From Felis catus (Eukaryota): 64,000 nucleotides of DNA. A program made the position numbers and the translations under genes. The notes beneath the pieces were generated by a model. That model was not told the DNA's origin, did no database searches, and saw only the letters and a program-made list of their open reading frames with translations. The stretch covers positions 150,228,001-150,292,000 of the forward strand of contig NC_058368.1 in assembly GCF_018350175.1 (NCBI RefSeq). Reading direction: 5' to 3'. Numbering within the stretch: position 1 is the first letter of the stretch; each line of letters begins with the position of its first letter. Of this stretch, positions 26,475 through 39,777 are shown in pieces.

Positions 26475-27174
26475 AAGAATATCAAAACCCTTCATGACAT
26501 AGTAGGCATGAATTCTCTTCTATAACTCATCAAGTTTAAGAATTGTCACTGTTTAAATTTTTTCTAAAGTAGATAAAAGTGCTTCAAGTCCCTTCCTAAT
26601 TGAAGGGAAGGAAAGAAAATATTTGTGATAATTTGGGAAGCTCCTTCACCTTAGGTCATGTAAGAATTCTAGGGTTCTACCCACTCAAACTGTTTGATGA
26701 ATCACCCTCCAGCCTTCAGTTCACACTGGTCCCTTGAAAGGCTCAATGCTTGAGCAACATCCCTTGAAGACTGGTGGCTTAAATGCTCGAAAATTATAGA
26801 CTCAGGGCCTAGTCTCCATCCTTTCCAGGTATTACCATAACTGCTTCCATCTAAGGTCTTGCCACCTCTGTGATATTGCATGAGGCCAAAGCTCTGATCC
26901 TGTCACCTGCAGAACAAGTAAGACTTCAGCTCCTTTCTTACCCCATCCTCCAAAACACTCTACAAACCTCTCTCGCTTCTCTCATTGGCTCCTTTTGGAC
27001 TCACTTAATCCTGGAGGGTCTTCTCCCCACTGACATGTACAGCCCCATTATTTCAAGGGGCTGGGCTTTTCCAAGCCAGACTATTGGGTGAAGGTTACCT
27101 TTAGATTCCTGGAAATATAACAACTCCTGGGTCACAGAAAGACAATGACTTGGCAATTTTCTTAAGGTGTGGGG

Positions 27175-27221
<47 letters not shown>
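27175..27221 (+). repeat. poly(A) plus (TA)n microsatellite
   Basis: Read directly. Confidence 0.95.
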
Positions 27222-27224
<3 letters not shown>

Positions 27225-27964
27225 AGAAGAGAACACAAATTGTCCTGCCAAAATTCAATGTAATCAGAATTCTGGAAAGTGGAGACAATATACTAGCATG
27301 CCCCTTCAACCTAATCTAATCATGTTAAAATCCCTTAAAGGGAGTTCTGTCTCCACTTAGAGTTCTTAAATGGTTAAGTATCAGGTACTTTCCAGGCTTC
27401 ACAGCTAATGGGTCAAATCAAGGAATAGGAGTCAGCACAGCAATAATACAACAAGACTTGTGGCTCTGAGGCCTCAGGTGTAATTGCGGGAATTCTTTCC
27501 TAAGTTCCTTCTCTCTGCTACTAGTTACTTCTTTTTTCCTTCAGTACTGCCTTTGCTTCTTTGGTCAGCCTATGTTTTCAAGAGTACAGTAGTATGCTCT
27601 CCTAATATTACCCTTATGTGGAGCCATAGAGTGAATATATTAAAATGAAGCTGGACTAATGGTATTGCTATTTCCGTTTCTGATACCAGTATTGACAGTG
27701 GACAGACTCTGCTTTGCTAGTCCCCAAGCCTGAAATTTATAACTTCTTTTACTAGGAGCTGACATCTTTCTCCAGCTCCTTCTCTTACTCCTTGTAACTC
27801 ATCCAGGAAGTCTTAGGAACTTCTTGCTACCTCTAGAGGAAACTGGTGTTTTTTCTTGTCTCCCTTATTTACATCGGGATTGGGGCTTCCCCAAGACAAA
27901 TTCTCGTCCTCACCCAGCTCATCGCCAAATTCAGGCCATCCCTCCCAGAGGACCCCCACACATT

Positions 27965-28170
27965 TTCTCGTGTTTAATATTTATAAAGATTTTTTTGCAT
28001 ACATTATCTTCTTTGACTCTCTCAAGAATCTTGTGTTGCAGAGAATTTTCTTGTCTTTACTTTATAGGAGACAGAAATGGGGTGTAGAATGGTTAAGTGT
28101 TTTGCCCTCTGTTAGAGCTATCAGGTGTTAACTGGAAGTCAAACAAAGGTCATTTGACTACAAATCTTTC
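27965..28170 (-). mobile_element. MIR (degenerate)
   Basis: actttataggagacagaaatggggtgtagaatggttaagtgttttgcc is the antisense core. Confidence 0.6.
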
Positions 28171-30289
28171 CCTTCTTGCCTGTATATGATACCTGTAAGG
28201 TTCTGATTTGTATTTCACACATTGTCAAACATAGTATGCTATTCGTTATATCTCTCTGATAAACACTTACTGACTTATCATATTTGCATGTGCCAGACCA
28301 TGTTTCGGAACTAGTTTGGAAGGACAGGAAGACATTTTCTTGAACTTGAAGGTCACAAAGCACACTTCTGCCAGGGAGATCTATACTGACTCAAATATTT
28401 TCAGAGATCAGAAAGATCTCTGAATTATTTTATGTAAGCAGCCTACTCTAAGTGATACTGTGATAGTCCGAGGGACAGAAGGAAAATGTACTATAAACCA
28501 GGAGGGGGTAGGAAGTGGTAATTTTACAAAAATAATTTGGAGCAAGATAACTATCACTCCTCAAAAGACAATGCATGGCAAGAATAAGATACACTGATAA
28601 TACAACTAGCGGGGGAATATGATGTGGATGAAATAACTATCCTGGGTAGGAGAATGAGAGGTTCCAGAGGCTTGGGGGTAGCAAGGAATATAAATAATCA
28701 TGGCATTCTTTAGAGCAATGACTAGGGACTAGGTATTGCCATTCTCATCAAATGTTTATCTAGAGATCTAAGTAGAGATAGAAATTCCTAGTTGAACTAT
28801 ATTTCTTTGAACTCAACATGGGTGTCCAAATTTAAGAATGTTAAATTGAAGTCAGTATATTTCATGAAACTGGAAAATATGAGTCATCCAGCCTTTTTGC
28901 TGGTTGCAGTGTCAACAGATTAACTTTGCAGAGATCACAATTCTCTTCCCTTGCTAGATTGTAATTTTTAGTTGAAGCAATTTCCAATATAAAGAGAAAT
29001 TAGATTTTACACACTAAGGTCAACATCTCAAGCCATGACAGAATATCTAAATTAATGCCATTATTCTCAGATTTTTAAAAAATGGTTTCTGGTGTTGAAT
29101 TGCAAAAGGTGAATGCCATATTTTAAATCCTATATATACAAATATTTCTATTATTCTATATAAATGAAAGAATAGCATTTCTTTTTCATCGGATTGCCTT
29201 AAAAGCTTTGTCTTCCCACTTTCCTATTATGTCTGCCCACTCCAAATATTGAGTATGAATGTGGGGACACTAATTCAATTATTTCAGTGTCCAATTGTTT
29301 GCTTCAGCTGTTATAATGGCTAAATACTTAACAATTGATTGGAATAAAAAAACCCACATAACACCAAAATGAATAGAATGTATCTGATCTGTTATTCAGT
29401 CATGTACACTACAATAACTGATCTGTTAGGCCATTGGAATAGCTCTAGCACACCTTCTAATTGTATGAATCTTGTACCAATAAATTACTTTGCCTGAAAA
29501 CAATACTGAACTGAAATTTTCCCTTGCTGCCATTTTTTCTCTCCCATTTCAATGATCTCATTTTTCCCCCAAATAGAATTTGTTTTATTTTCCATATCTA
29601 AGAGTAATACAAAAGTTGGAAAGGAATCATTTATATTTGCCTTTACTAATCAGGGCCTGAATTTGTAAAATGTAGGTACCTTTTTAGTTAACTACAAAAA
29701 TGTTAGCAGAGAAGTGAATGACAGTGGGTAGAGCTTACTGAGCACTGTATTTGAATAATATGATGATGTTTTTATACAGACTTATCAATATATTTTACTC
29801 CTTATAACTTTCCAAAAGTCAACATTTAGAAGTAAAATTGTCCACGCTTTAGGTAGGCTTGAAACTTCGTTTCTTAAAAGTCTGAGAAATATCTTTTCAT
29901 CCAGTATTGTTATAGAGTATGAACAAGATGTTCTTGCCCTGCTTTCAAAGGAATTTAAAATTGTTTCTGATCCCATATAACTCAGAAGTAATTCTGAGTA
30001 TTTTTACAAAACAACAATATGCAATTTCCACTAGACTTGGAGTCGCAAAATCATTATTGTTACTATGGAGTTTCTTAACAATTTTGTTGGGTTCCCAAAT
30101 GGACATGAATACTTGTGTGTGTCGTAGATTGTCTGTGACTTCTATATTCCTCTGATTTAGTTCCAACAGGAGAGGGAAAGAAAGATAATTAAAGTTCAAG
30201 AAAAATCTTTAGTAGTATAGGCAAAAACAGATAAATTATACATGAGAAGAAAGAAACAATATTTTATGAGCTATACAAATCATAGTTCT

Positions 30290-30856
30290 GATAGACACTC
30301 TCATGCTCAAAAATTCCCTGTTGCCTATAGAATCACAACCCAACTCCAGACTCCTTAGCAAAGTCATTGAGCATAAGCAGAGTTGTTCACTCTTGACTTC
30401 CATCACTCCTCCCCAAGCAGTTTATGTTATATCCAGTCCAGGTACTCCGTGTCACACAAAAATGCTCTGCATTTGCCCACCTTGAGGATTTTTCTCTTGC
30501 CATTTTCCTGTCTGAGATGTATCAATTCTGTCAAACCATTCCTGTCCCCCTTATACTGCTACACCAACTGTCTGCATCTTTCAAGGCGATGTTTAAGTGG
30601 TTTCTCCTCTGTGAAGTCTTCCTTAATTCAGCTGGAAGAAATCTCATTGGTTTGTTCTGATGGAATTGTGTGACTTTCTGTTTTTATTCATCATAGTCTA
30701 CCTTTTATTATGGTTGTGCACACTACTTTTTTGTTATATTGTAGAATTCTTAAAGGGAGAGAAGATGCCTCATTCATTTTTATATCTCCCCATGATCCTA
30801 GTGCCATACTTTCCTGATAGTAGATCAAGAAAGATTTGTTGCATTCAACTGAACTG
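30290..30856 (+). mobile_element. L2 LINE 3' end (L2c/d-like)
   Basis: tgctcaaaaattccctgttgcctatagaat...cctctgtgaagtcttcc...gatttgttgcattcaactgaactgaa terminus. Confidence 0.85.
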
Positions 30857-31136
30857 AAAAATGTGAACTCCACTGAGAATCCTGTAATCAGAAGTAAATA
30901 TTTTGGTGTATTTATTAAATAGAATGCTGTCTCTCTTCCTCTTCTCCTTGTAAGTGAACTTTGGATATTTAAAACCACTAAGAAAAAATTAGATGTTTTA
31001 AAAATTAATCATGAGCCTATTTTTCATAATATTCTGATCAAATGTTAAAGTAGGTAGAAAGATGAAATAAACCAGAATCAGCATTGTGTGTTCCTCAAAA
31101 TCTACATTGGGTGTGATTATGAAAAATTACCAGGTA

Positions 31137-31195
31137 TGTTGTATGGAAACCAATTTGACAATAAATTTCATATGTTTAAAATAAAGAAAGAAAAA
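31137..31195 (+). mobile_element. Extremely 5'-truncated felid L1 3' tip with A-rich tail
   Basis: tgttgtatggaaaccaatttgacaataaatttcatat matches the recalled L1_Fc 3' terminus. 16-bp TSD gaaaa(a/c)ttaccaggta at 31121-31136 and 31196-31211. Confidence 0.85.
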
Positions 31196-33864
31196 GAAAA
31201 CTTACCAGGTAGATGGCTTTGGGGCTAATGATTTTAAGTTATTTAAACTGTCCATCATTTAGAAGTGGCATACCTTGGTGTTCCACCTTGACTGAACTTG
31301 AGGCTCTTGTCAAAGGGAGCCCTCCAATCTAAAGAGGCAAAGTTGTATAACCTTCTTAATAACCACCTAGTACTTTTCAGTGAACTGTGTTCTTCCACTG
31401 GGACAAATGCCTTCTAATATTTTATATATTCCTGGTCAGTGACTTAAAAAAAAAAAACCTACCCAATTGCAGTCTGCCATTCAAAAGGAATATTTCTGCA
31501 AAGAAAAAGATGTGAAAATGTAGGCATTCAAGTGAAAATTCAATCCTTCACAGTACAGAGCCTCTGCGAAGTCTTTTAAATGACCCTTTTTATCATGGTG
31601 CCATGTCTGTACCTTTCTGAATAGTGAGACCTGGTAAGAAAAATAGATGTATGTATACAAGTGGTTGAGTAATGTATTACTCATATGCACTTTGTTCTTT
31701 TTGGCAAACTGACCTTATCAAAAGAAAGAAAGCTATACATTGTGACAAGCTGAGCCTTACCAGAAAGTCTGAATTAGAAGTGCGAGTCCTCTGTTATCTG
31801 GATTAAAATGTGATCAGAACAAAAAAAAAATTGTCATTTAACCTCTTGAGAAGTCAAGATGCTAGAGAAATGAGTTCCTTTTAAATCAAAACCTAAGCTT
31901 TCTTGTTACGTTTAGATTAAACCATCAGAGATGATTTACATTAAAAACAATAACAAAAATAAATACTTTTTTCCTCTAAACACTTGTCAAGTTTTTTTGT
32001 AATGTTCAAATAAAGTGTTAGATTTCTTGATTGCCTACACTATTATAGAGAACTATTTTAAGAAGGTGGTGATCAAATAACCGTCATCACTTGATCCAGG
32101 GCAAATGTTGTGCCTTATTTTTTACCTCCATAGATCAGTTTTAAATGAAAATTTAAACTTCTGCAATAATATTACACAGTTATCAGAATGTTTTGGTAGT
32201 TATTTGAGAAGCCTCTTGGAACATAAAAAGACTCTTCTGTCGATTTAACCCATTTTAGTACAAATATCAAATTATTTTTCAAATTAGTTAGTGGAGGAAT
32301 AGTGAACCAAATTCATTCCTTTAAAAATAAGCAGACATATACAAGCCAAACTTGCTCATCTGCAGTCTTTTTTTCCCTTTGTAATAAACAACCCCTTTTC
32401 AAGCGAGTACATAAAGATGGTAAAGTAATCTGATATGGGTAAAGCCAAGAGGGGGAAAAATGGCATCTGACATAACACAGGCACATAAAACTACTGCTAT
32501 TTTATTCACATTACAGGAGTATGTATGTTGCTGCTGCCTAGTTATTGTGCATGTGAATTTGCCAGATCTAGACGTATTTGCCTAATTAATTACTATGCTG
32601 TTCAACAATGATGGGTAATGGTCCAAGCAGCCTGCTCCCCTTCAGATCACCGATGGAATTCATGCACGCATAATGCGCTCTCTTCAGAAAATGATCCCAA
32701 CAAGCTCTATAATTATTTTTTTCTTTTGAAATAAAAGCATCAATTCAATTATATGTTAAAACAGTTTACAGGAGAAGGAAAGGAAATGAAGCAGGATCCT
32801 TCTCTTTTTCTTTTCACCTTCCAGGGTAGAAAGCTGGAAGGCAAGCTTCCCCTACCCTACTCTTTCCAGTAGCAAACTTCGATATTAAAAAATAATTGCT
32901 GATCAAAATTGTTCATCATTACCCTTAATTGGTCTGTTGGTTTTCAATAGTTTTCTTCGTTAAAATAGATGAAGGTGTGTTCTTCCACGTTCAATTATAC
33001 ATGCTATCCCTCCGTGCTGGTAAGCAGATGACTAAGCTTATGATGTAGCAGATCAAACAAAGAACCCTCGTGTACAAATGCTTGGCAGTCTCCGTAAACT
33101 GGGTTAATTAGCATTGTAATTAACTCACGTGATGACTACAACAAAATCAGAGTAACCTAAGAATCACTTAGAAAGGATACCAAGGGGTGCCTCTCTTCCC
33201 CCTCCCCCCCCCCCACATACACTTTGTTTCTAGTGCTGGGGAAACCCGGAGCCATACCGTCCTGCCAGCTGGCAGTTCCCCACTTCCTGGCGGTGCAAAC
33301 CAAGCTCTCTGCCCAGGCCTTGGACAGCAAAGAATGCACAGAGCTCGCCTGGGTCGGCTATAGCAAGGTTGCTAAGATTTTAGTGTAGCGCAAGATGTTG
33401 CCAATTAAAGATAGCTTATTAAAAAGGCCTTCTTCCTTTGCCTTTGCTGAAGTGGACAGACACAGTTCTCTTCATTAGCATGAGAACTGGAAGCGAGAGT
33501 GGACATTTGGACTTCCTTTCACGTAGACTTCTCTGCTTAGTGAGGAGTATATGTTAAGTATACTACATGGAGTTCTACTTACATGCTTCCCCACCAACAG
33601 TGCCTGTACAATAGTGGGGCCCGCAGGCCTAAACGATTTTCTTTGGAATTTTACATGTGATGATTAAGGCATCTTGCTAATTGATACAGGTTTTTGTACT
33701 AATTTCAGAAAAAATAGTTCCAAAGTTTTACCTGGAGTAAGGGAGGTCAGAGACTATAAATAAAAATCAAAGGGAAAAAAATGACCGTTGCAGGAAAACA
33801 AATCAATATTTGGAATAGCGTAATTCACTCTTTAAATAACTTTGTGTCACATAAGATTAATTAT

Positions 33865-34052
33865 TCATTATTCAAGTGTTTTCACCTTTTATTTCATTTG
33901 ATCCTTACAATTACCTGTCAAAAGAGCTATGGAAGTTATTTTAATTCCCATTTTACACAATAGGAAAAGGCCTCAGAAGTGTTAAGTGACAGCAAACATA
34001 ATCAACACAGACATAATCCTCAGACTTCTAGCTCAGAGACCCTTCCACCATG
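33865..34052 (-). mobile_element. MIR SINE
   Basis: tttcatttgatccttacaattacctgt...cccattttacacaataggaaaaggcctcagaagtgttaagtgac. Confidence 0.8.
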
Positions 34053-34463
34053 GCAACTCACCATGTTTAAAGACTGGGAAAGTTTGTTTTTGTTTTTTTA
34101 AATTAGTCTTGATCTAACTGCAACTCAGTTGTTATTATGAATTTAAATTTTCTGACTTAAACTAAATTGCTCTTAGTTTGTTGTTATCTTTAGACCTATG
34201 TAAATACATAAAATATCAAACATTATCCAAAAAATTATAGACTAATTCTATTATAACACATTTAGCATGATCTAAGATTAATAATACCTTGAGGGCATGG
34301 CTCATCCACATTTTTTTTCAGGATTAGAGTGAGATTTACTGAAGATCTCAGATACCGTACTTCCTTTTTCAAGGCCATGTCCATTTATTTGGAAGAGAAT
34401 TACATTTGTTCTCCTTTAAAGGTATGTGCATGTAGTTAACAGCCATGAAAATATAAAAATTGG

Positions 34464-34590
34464 GGGGTGCCTGGGCAGCTCAGTAAGTTAAGCATCCGAC
34501 TCCTGATTTCAGCTCAGGTCATGATCTCACGGGGTCTTGGAATTCTTTGTCTGTGACTCCCTCTCTCTCTCTCAAAAATAAATAAACATT
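34464..34590 (+). mobile_element. Short, internally deleted Can-SINE (older subtype head gactcctgatttcagctcagg)
   Basis: Head ggggtgcctgggcagctcagtaagttaagcatccgac joined almost directly to (CT)n and aaaataaataaac. Confidence 0.9.
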
Positions 34591-34669
34591 ATATACATAT
34601 ATATATATATATACATATATATGTGTGTATATATGTATATATATATGTATATATATATATATATATATA
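34590..34669 (+). repeat. Compound (TA)n microsatellite in the SINE tail
   Basis: Read directly. Confidence 0.93.
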
Positions 34670-35899
34670 GTTTTCAAAACAGCAGATCCAGTCTTGTGTT
34701 AGAGGTAGCTTAAATGGCAGCAGAAGAGTGTTGATTCCAGGATTGATAATAAAAGCCTGGTAAATATTCATAAAATGCTATTTGAGATTTCCTAAAGAAT
34801 CAGTGTACCAGAAAGAAAATGGATACATCATTAGTAAAAACTTGTGTCCACATTCTGTGTGATATATGAATACTTTTAATTAAGACACAATTTGTTCCTG
34901 TTATCTGTCACAGAACTATGTATGGATGAGTTTGATCTGAACATAAAAGAAATAACAAAAGACCTGATCATAGGCTTTTGCAGTGACTACTGGGAATCAG
35001 GGAGCTAATCCAAAGAAAACGCATAGCCTCTGCTTGTACTTTCTTGTCTCCTTTTACAGAAGAATGTAGGAAAGTGAAACTAGGGGTGTGTTGGCTATGA
35101 TTTAACCATCTTAATTATAATAGGGGGCAGAGAATAAACTGGCTGAAGGGTAATCAGTAGTAAGTGAGGGTAAGACTGATACAACAGACCTGTCATTCCC
35201 AGGCTTCAGGTTTAATTGGTGTTAGAAATGGAGAAGGGAAGACTCCAATACAGATTTCTTCTTAATTTGCAAACTACAGAAATAATTTTGGACTATGTTC
35301 GCTACCTGATTTTGAAATTTAAATACAAAAGACACAAGACACAGGTGAGAAAATCATAATGTGACAGTGTAGAGCACAATACGATATCCTGTACTTAACC
35401 ATTGAAGCATAAAAGTGGCATGTGACAGATCACTTAAATGAAGTAAGATTTTTCAAGAGAAATAAAATAAGGATAAAAGTAAATGCGGTTATTATAAGTC
35501 AAGACAAAAAAATATGTCAGTGCTCTAGGGGAAAACTAAAATTGCAAAAGTCCGCAAACTAAGTGCAAAGTAGCAATATAATGTATGCAATATGATCTAT
35601 TACATTTACTTTATCATTATGCTGTTTTGATTATTACATTTCCTCATAATAGTGCCTTCTCCTCTGCCTTTTCTTTCATCTCCTACATCTGGAGTCCAAG
35701 TGCAGGCTTTCAGACACCCATACCTGCTTGAAATTGCATGTAGGTTTTATGCAACTGTACTTCTATACTTATGAGAGGATGATCCTTAACTTTTATCAGA
35801 TACACTAGAAACCCCATGTCCCCAAATGGCTAACTCAGCATCCTATGGCTATGAGGAGTCCTATGATAGTCCTATGGCCTATTCCCAGTGATTTTTTTT

Positions 35900-36790
35900 C
35901 TTTTAAAATTTCTCCATCTAGATCATCAGTGCTCACACCCTGACTATGCTTCCCACATGCCTTCTTTACCACCTGTCTTCTTTCTCTAAGTCATCATCTA
36001 TAGAAAATGCCATCAAATCAATCTTACTAAAACATCATCTGTATCATGTCTCAAATCCATTAAAAAACAAATAAAAACACTAAAGCTTTCACTTTACTTA
36101 CAGGGTCAAGTTTAGACCTCTCATTTTGGCATTCAAATTCATCTAATATTGGGTTCTCTCTTACCTCTACTAAGTGTAGCTAACATTTATGGACTGGAAT
36201 TAATGTGCCAGGGACAATGCTAAGTGCTTTGTATAAATGGACTCATATACTCTCTCAAATGTCTCTATACGATCAGTCCTATTCTAATTATAACCACCAT
36301 AGATGCTTTACTGAGGCTTAGGAGGTGTGGTCATCTGCCAATTTTACACAGTGAGTGACAGATCCAAAATTCAAACCCAAGCTGCTTAGCCCTGCATGAG
36401 TTTTTAGCCATGAAGCTCCCTCTAGTCTATCTAATTTGCTTCTTGCCAATGTGAACCTTTCTCTAGATAGCTGGGGATCTTTATCAACTGAACAAAGTGT
36501 GTTTTTGACCTCAAGCCTTTTTCAAACTCTTTCCATCCCATTCTCCAAAGTCTCACCTCTCCTATAATAAGCTCTATGTAGCTCTTCTTAGAACCACAAT
36601 GTTCATTTTCCTCTTCCCTGTGTTGATCATACACAATTTTGCTTTGTGACTCTTCTCTAACTGGACAGTAAGCTACTGGTGGGCAGGGCTTTGATCCTGT
36701 ATTTTTGTTCTGTCATCGTCAGTACATCAACCTGTTCCTTTCATCAAGTTTGCACTGAAAAAAAAATACATATTGAGGGAATAAATTAAC
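35900..36790 (+). mobile_element. L2 LINE 3' region interrupted by a MIR
   Basis: cttactaaaacatcatctgtatcatgtc...acagggtcaagtttagacctc and ctggacagtaagctactggtgggcagggc are L2 landmarks. Confidence 0.7.
36176..36420 (-). mobile_element. MIR nested in L2
   Basis: agctaacatttatggac...atgtgccagggacaatgctaagtgcttt...actgaggcttaggagg...attcaaacccaag. Confidence 0.85.
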
Positions 36791-37784
36791 CTGAACTTCT
36801 AGAGAGTGTCATGTTTGAAAAATGATACTATAATTAGTTCTCTAACATTCTATTATATCTTGATAAAAGCTCTTGTATATGGTGGCAGGTGGGCTTATCA
36901 GCTATTGCTACCATGCTAAAACTGACTTTCTATCCTTTTTCAATTTTCCTGGGGTAAATTTGATAGGTGATAAATAGAAACTGCCTAAGGTGAGTGCCAG
37001 TGTGTGTGATTTGGGGGGAAGAATTCATTTTCCTCAAAGAAATGCTCTGTTATAAATGAAAAATAAAAGAAATCACTGGTTTACCTTCTTCTTGAGAAAA
37101 GAATCTATTTAGAGAATAATCTCTCCCTGATCCAGAGTTAGAATCTCTGCTCAAAAAGGGCAAGAAAATTCCAAAGACTCAGATTTATACACAGTTCTTG
37201 GGAGCATGAAGAGCCTTCAGTTCTTTTAATCCTTCTTGTGGATACATGGAAGAATAGAAGTCTCTAGTGCATGGACCAATGTTAGATTGCCCCATCAACA
37301 CTCTCTTCAGGACTGGATACTTCCTCACCATCAGACACTCTAGCACAAACTGATCGAAAGATAACAGCAAAGGCAGAGTTGTACTCATACGCTTAAGAAC
37401 TCAGTTCTCTCAGGCAGAACTATCTACAGTCAAACTCTTTATATTTTCTTCTCTTATATACATAGAACACCTTGTGTTTTTCATATCTAATGAAAATACA
37501 TATTACCCATTTTGTGTTGAATCTTTAGAAAAATGTAATATGGAAGATGTTTTGTAAAATAATTCATGTTACAGTTGATCTGGGTAATTATATAATGTAC
37601 ATATATATGTATGTGCAAATTTATAATAGAATGCTTTGACTATTTAAAAAAATCCTTTTAAATTTTCTAAAAGTAACTCACTCCTGAAGCATCTAATTGC
37701 TCAGTGGATAACACCCAGGGCTTGGATGCATCACTATAAATGACTCAGCTTTCCTTTTAATAGTTTAAAATGCAGGGCTTAGAC

Positions 37785-38125
37785 TAAATCAGGAATCACT
37801 TAAATGCTTACAGACGGAAGGCAGATAATGAAGCTTGAAGTGGAGTTGGTGGAAATCTAAGAAGTACTGAGGACTGGGGCAAATTGAAGAAAGTATGCCC
37901 TGTCTAAAGAGAATAGCTAATGTTCAGTCCCAGATGATTTTACCCTGTAAGACCCAGTGTTATAAAACCTTCCAATTCTTTATGAGAAGCAAGGTTTTTT
38001 TTTAATGTGAAATGCTCTGGTTTTTAATTAACCCCCCCCCCTTTTTTTATTTTTGGAAACTGGGCAGGCCAAACAAAGCACATATGAGGATGGAATCTAG
38101 CCCAGAAGCTACCAGTTTATTACTA
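37785..38125 (+). mobile_element. MER102-like hAT DNA transposon relic
   Basis: taaatgcttacag...ggggcaaattgaagaaagtatgccctgtctaaag...caggccaaacaaagcacatatg...ctaccagttt. Confidence 0.7.
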
Positions 38126-38355
38126 AATGGTGGACTGAATGGTCCATACCTACTTATTTGACCTATGTAACTTGTACATATGTATGCAGCTATTTCCAAT
38201 ATATGGTTTCAAAAAACCTTTTTAAAATTAAGGATATTCAACCATAATCAGTGTGGCTGAATTAAGAACAATTCCTCTTAGATACACTATTAAAAATATT
38301 TCATAGATGGAAGAATAAATCTATAAATAAATCTATAATAAGACTGTACCCAGAA

Positions 38356-38583
38356 GGGGTGTCTGGGTAGCTCAGTCAGTTAAGAATCTGACTTCAGCTC
38401 AGGTCATAATCTTGTGGTTCATGGGTTTGAGACCCGCATTGGGCTCTGTGCTGACAGCTCAGAGCCTAGAGCCTGCTTCCGATTCTGCGTCTCCTACTCT
38501 CTCTCTCTACCCCTCCCCCACTCATCCTCTGTCTCTCTCTGTCTCCCAAAAATAAATAAGTGTTAAAAAAAAAACATTTTTTT
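38356..38583 (+). mobile_element. Can-SINE (SINEC_Fc type)
   Basis: Full element. Degenerate TSD aagactgtacccaga / aaaactgtactcaga. Confidence 0.95.
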
Positions 38584-38634
38584 AAAACTGTACTCAGAGA
38601 AAGGTTAATAGACTCTGGACCATCCTGGAAATGT

Positions 38635-38850
38635 GTTTTTTTTTTTGAAGTTAGTAATTAATAATTATTTATTCTGAGACAGAGTGCAAGCAGAGGAGGA
38701 GCAGAGAGAGAGGGAGACAGAGAATACCAAGCAGGCTCTGCACTGACAGTGCAGAGCCTGATGTGGGGTGCAGTCTCACAACCGTGAGATCATGACCCGA
38801 GCTGAAATCAAGAGTTGAACATTTAACTGAGTGAATCCCCCAGGCACCCC
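38635..38850 (-). mobile_element. Can-SINE (older subtype with gctgaaatcaagagt head)
   Basis: Antisense head ccgtgagatcatgacccgagctgaaatcaagagt...caggcacccc, GA tract and T-rich tail. Confidence 0.93.
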
Positions 38851-39777
38851 GTCCCAGAAAATGTTTAGCAAATAATATTCTCGAAGAACTAGTCTTGGCC
38901 TCATCTTATGTAATGTCTTCTTAACATATATGATAGAATTGAGCGCTGCTCCTTATCCTAAGACTCTGGGGAAGTGACTTGATGACCTGCATCCATCTGG
39001 CTCACTTGTAACTCTCGAAAAGGGTATCTCTTTTTCTGGAGCATTCCATGGAGTACATTGGAAGGATGTTACAGAAACGTAAGAAATGAACATTTCTTCC
39101 ACTGTAAAGGCTTTGAATATAATTTAAAATATCAAACACATATATGAAATGAAATAAGTTTATTCTACAAAACTGATCTGGTAAAAAGTAACATCAAGCA
39201 GTGCCAAGACAGAAAGGCATTCGATCAAGTGATATCAATCACCACAAACTCCCTGGAGGTGAATCTCACACTGGACTTTGAAGAAAGCTACAAGGCCAGG
39301 CAAGACAGAGATTAACAAGCCATGCTAGGTCTACTGTGTTTTATGTTTGAAGTGGTAAGACGAATAAGCCAAGTGTAAGACTCTCTCTAGGCAAATGAGA
39401 TAAAAGGCAGCAGTTATGGACAAAGAAAAAATGGTGCCATTCCACAATCCATAAAATGGAGTACCGATACAGAATATATAAGAAAGAATAATTACCAAAT
39501 TCATCCATCAGGGTTGATTTTAATATTGTATTAAATCGTTTGTTAGCATTATGACCCTTCATTTTGACCAAAGAATAGTGCTTTGATAACTGACATATCT
39601 GATTAGAGTTCTGTGTCTGCTTTTTCTGAAAAGCAAATATTGTAACTATATTGCTATTTACAAATCTATATTCAGTTCAGTTTAAGAAGCATTTAGGAAA
39701 TGTCGCAGTCTCTATAATCAAATAATGATATATATGAAAAACATTGGACAGTTTCTGACTCATATTAGTAATCATCA

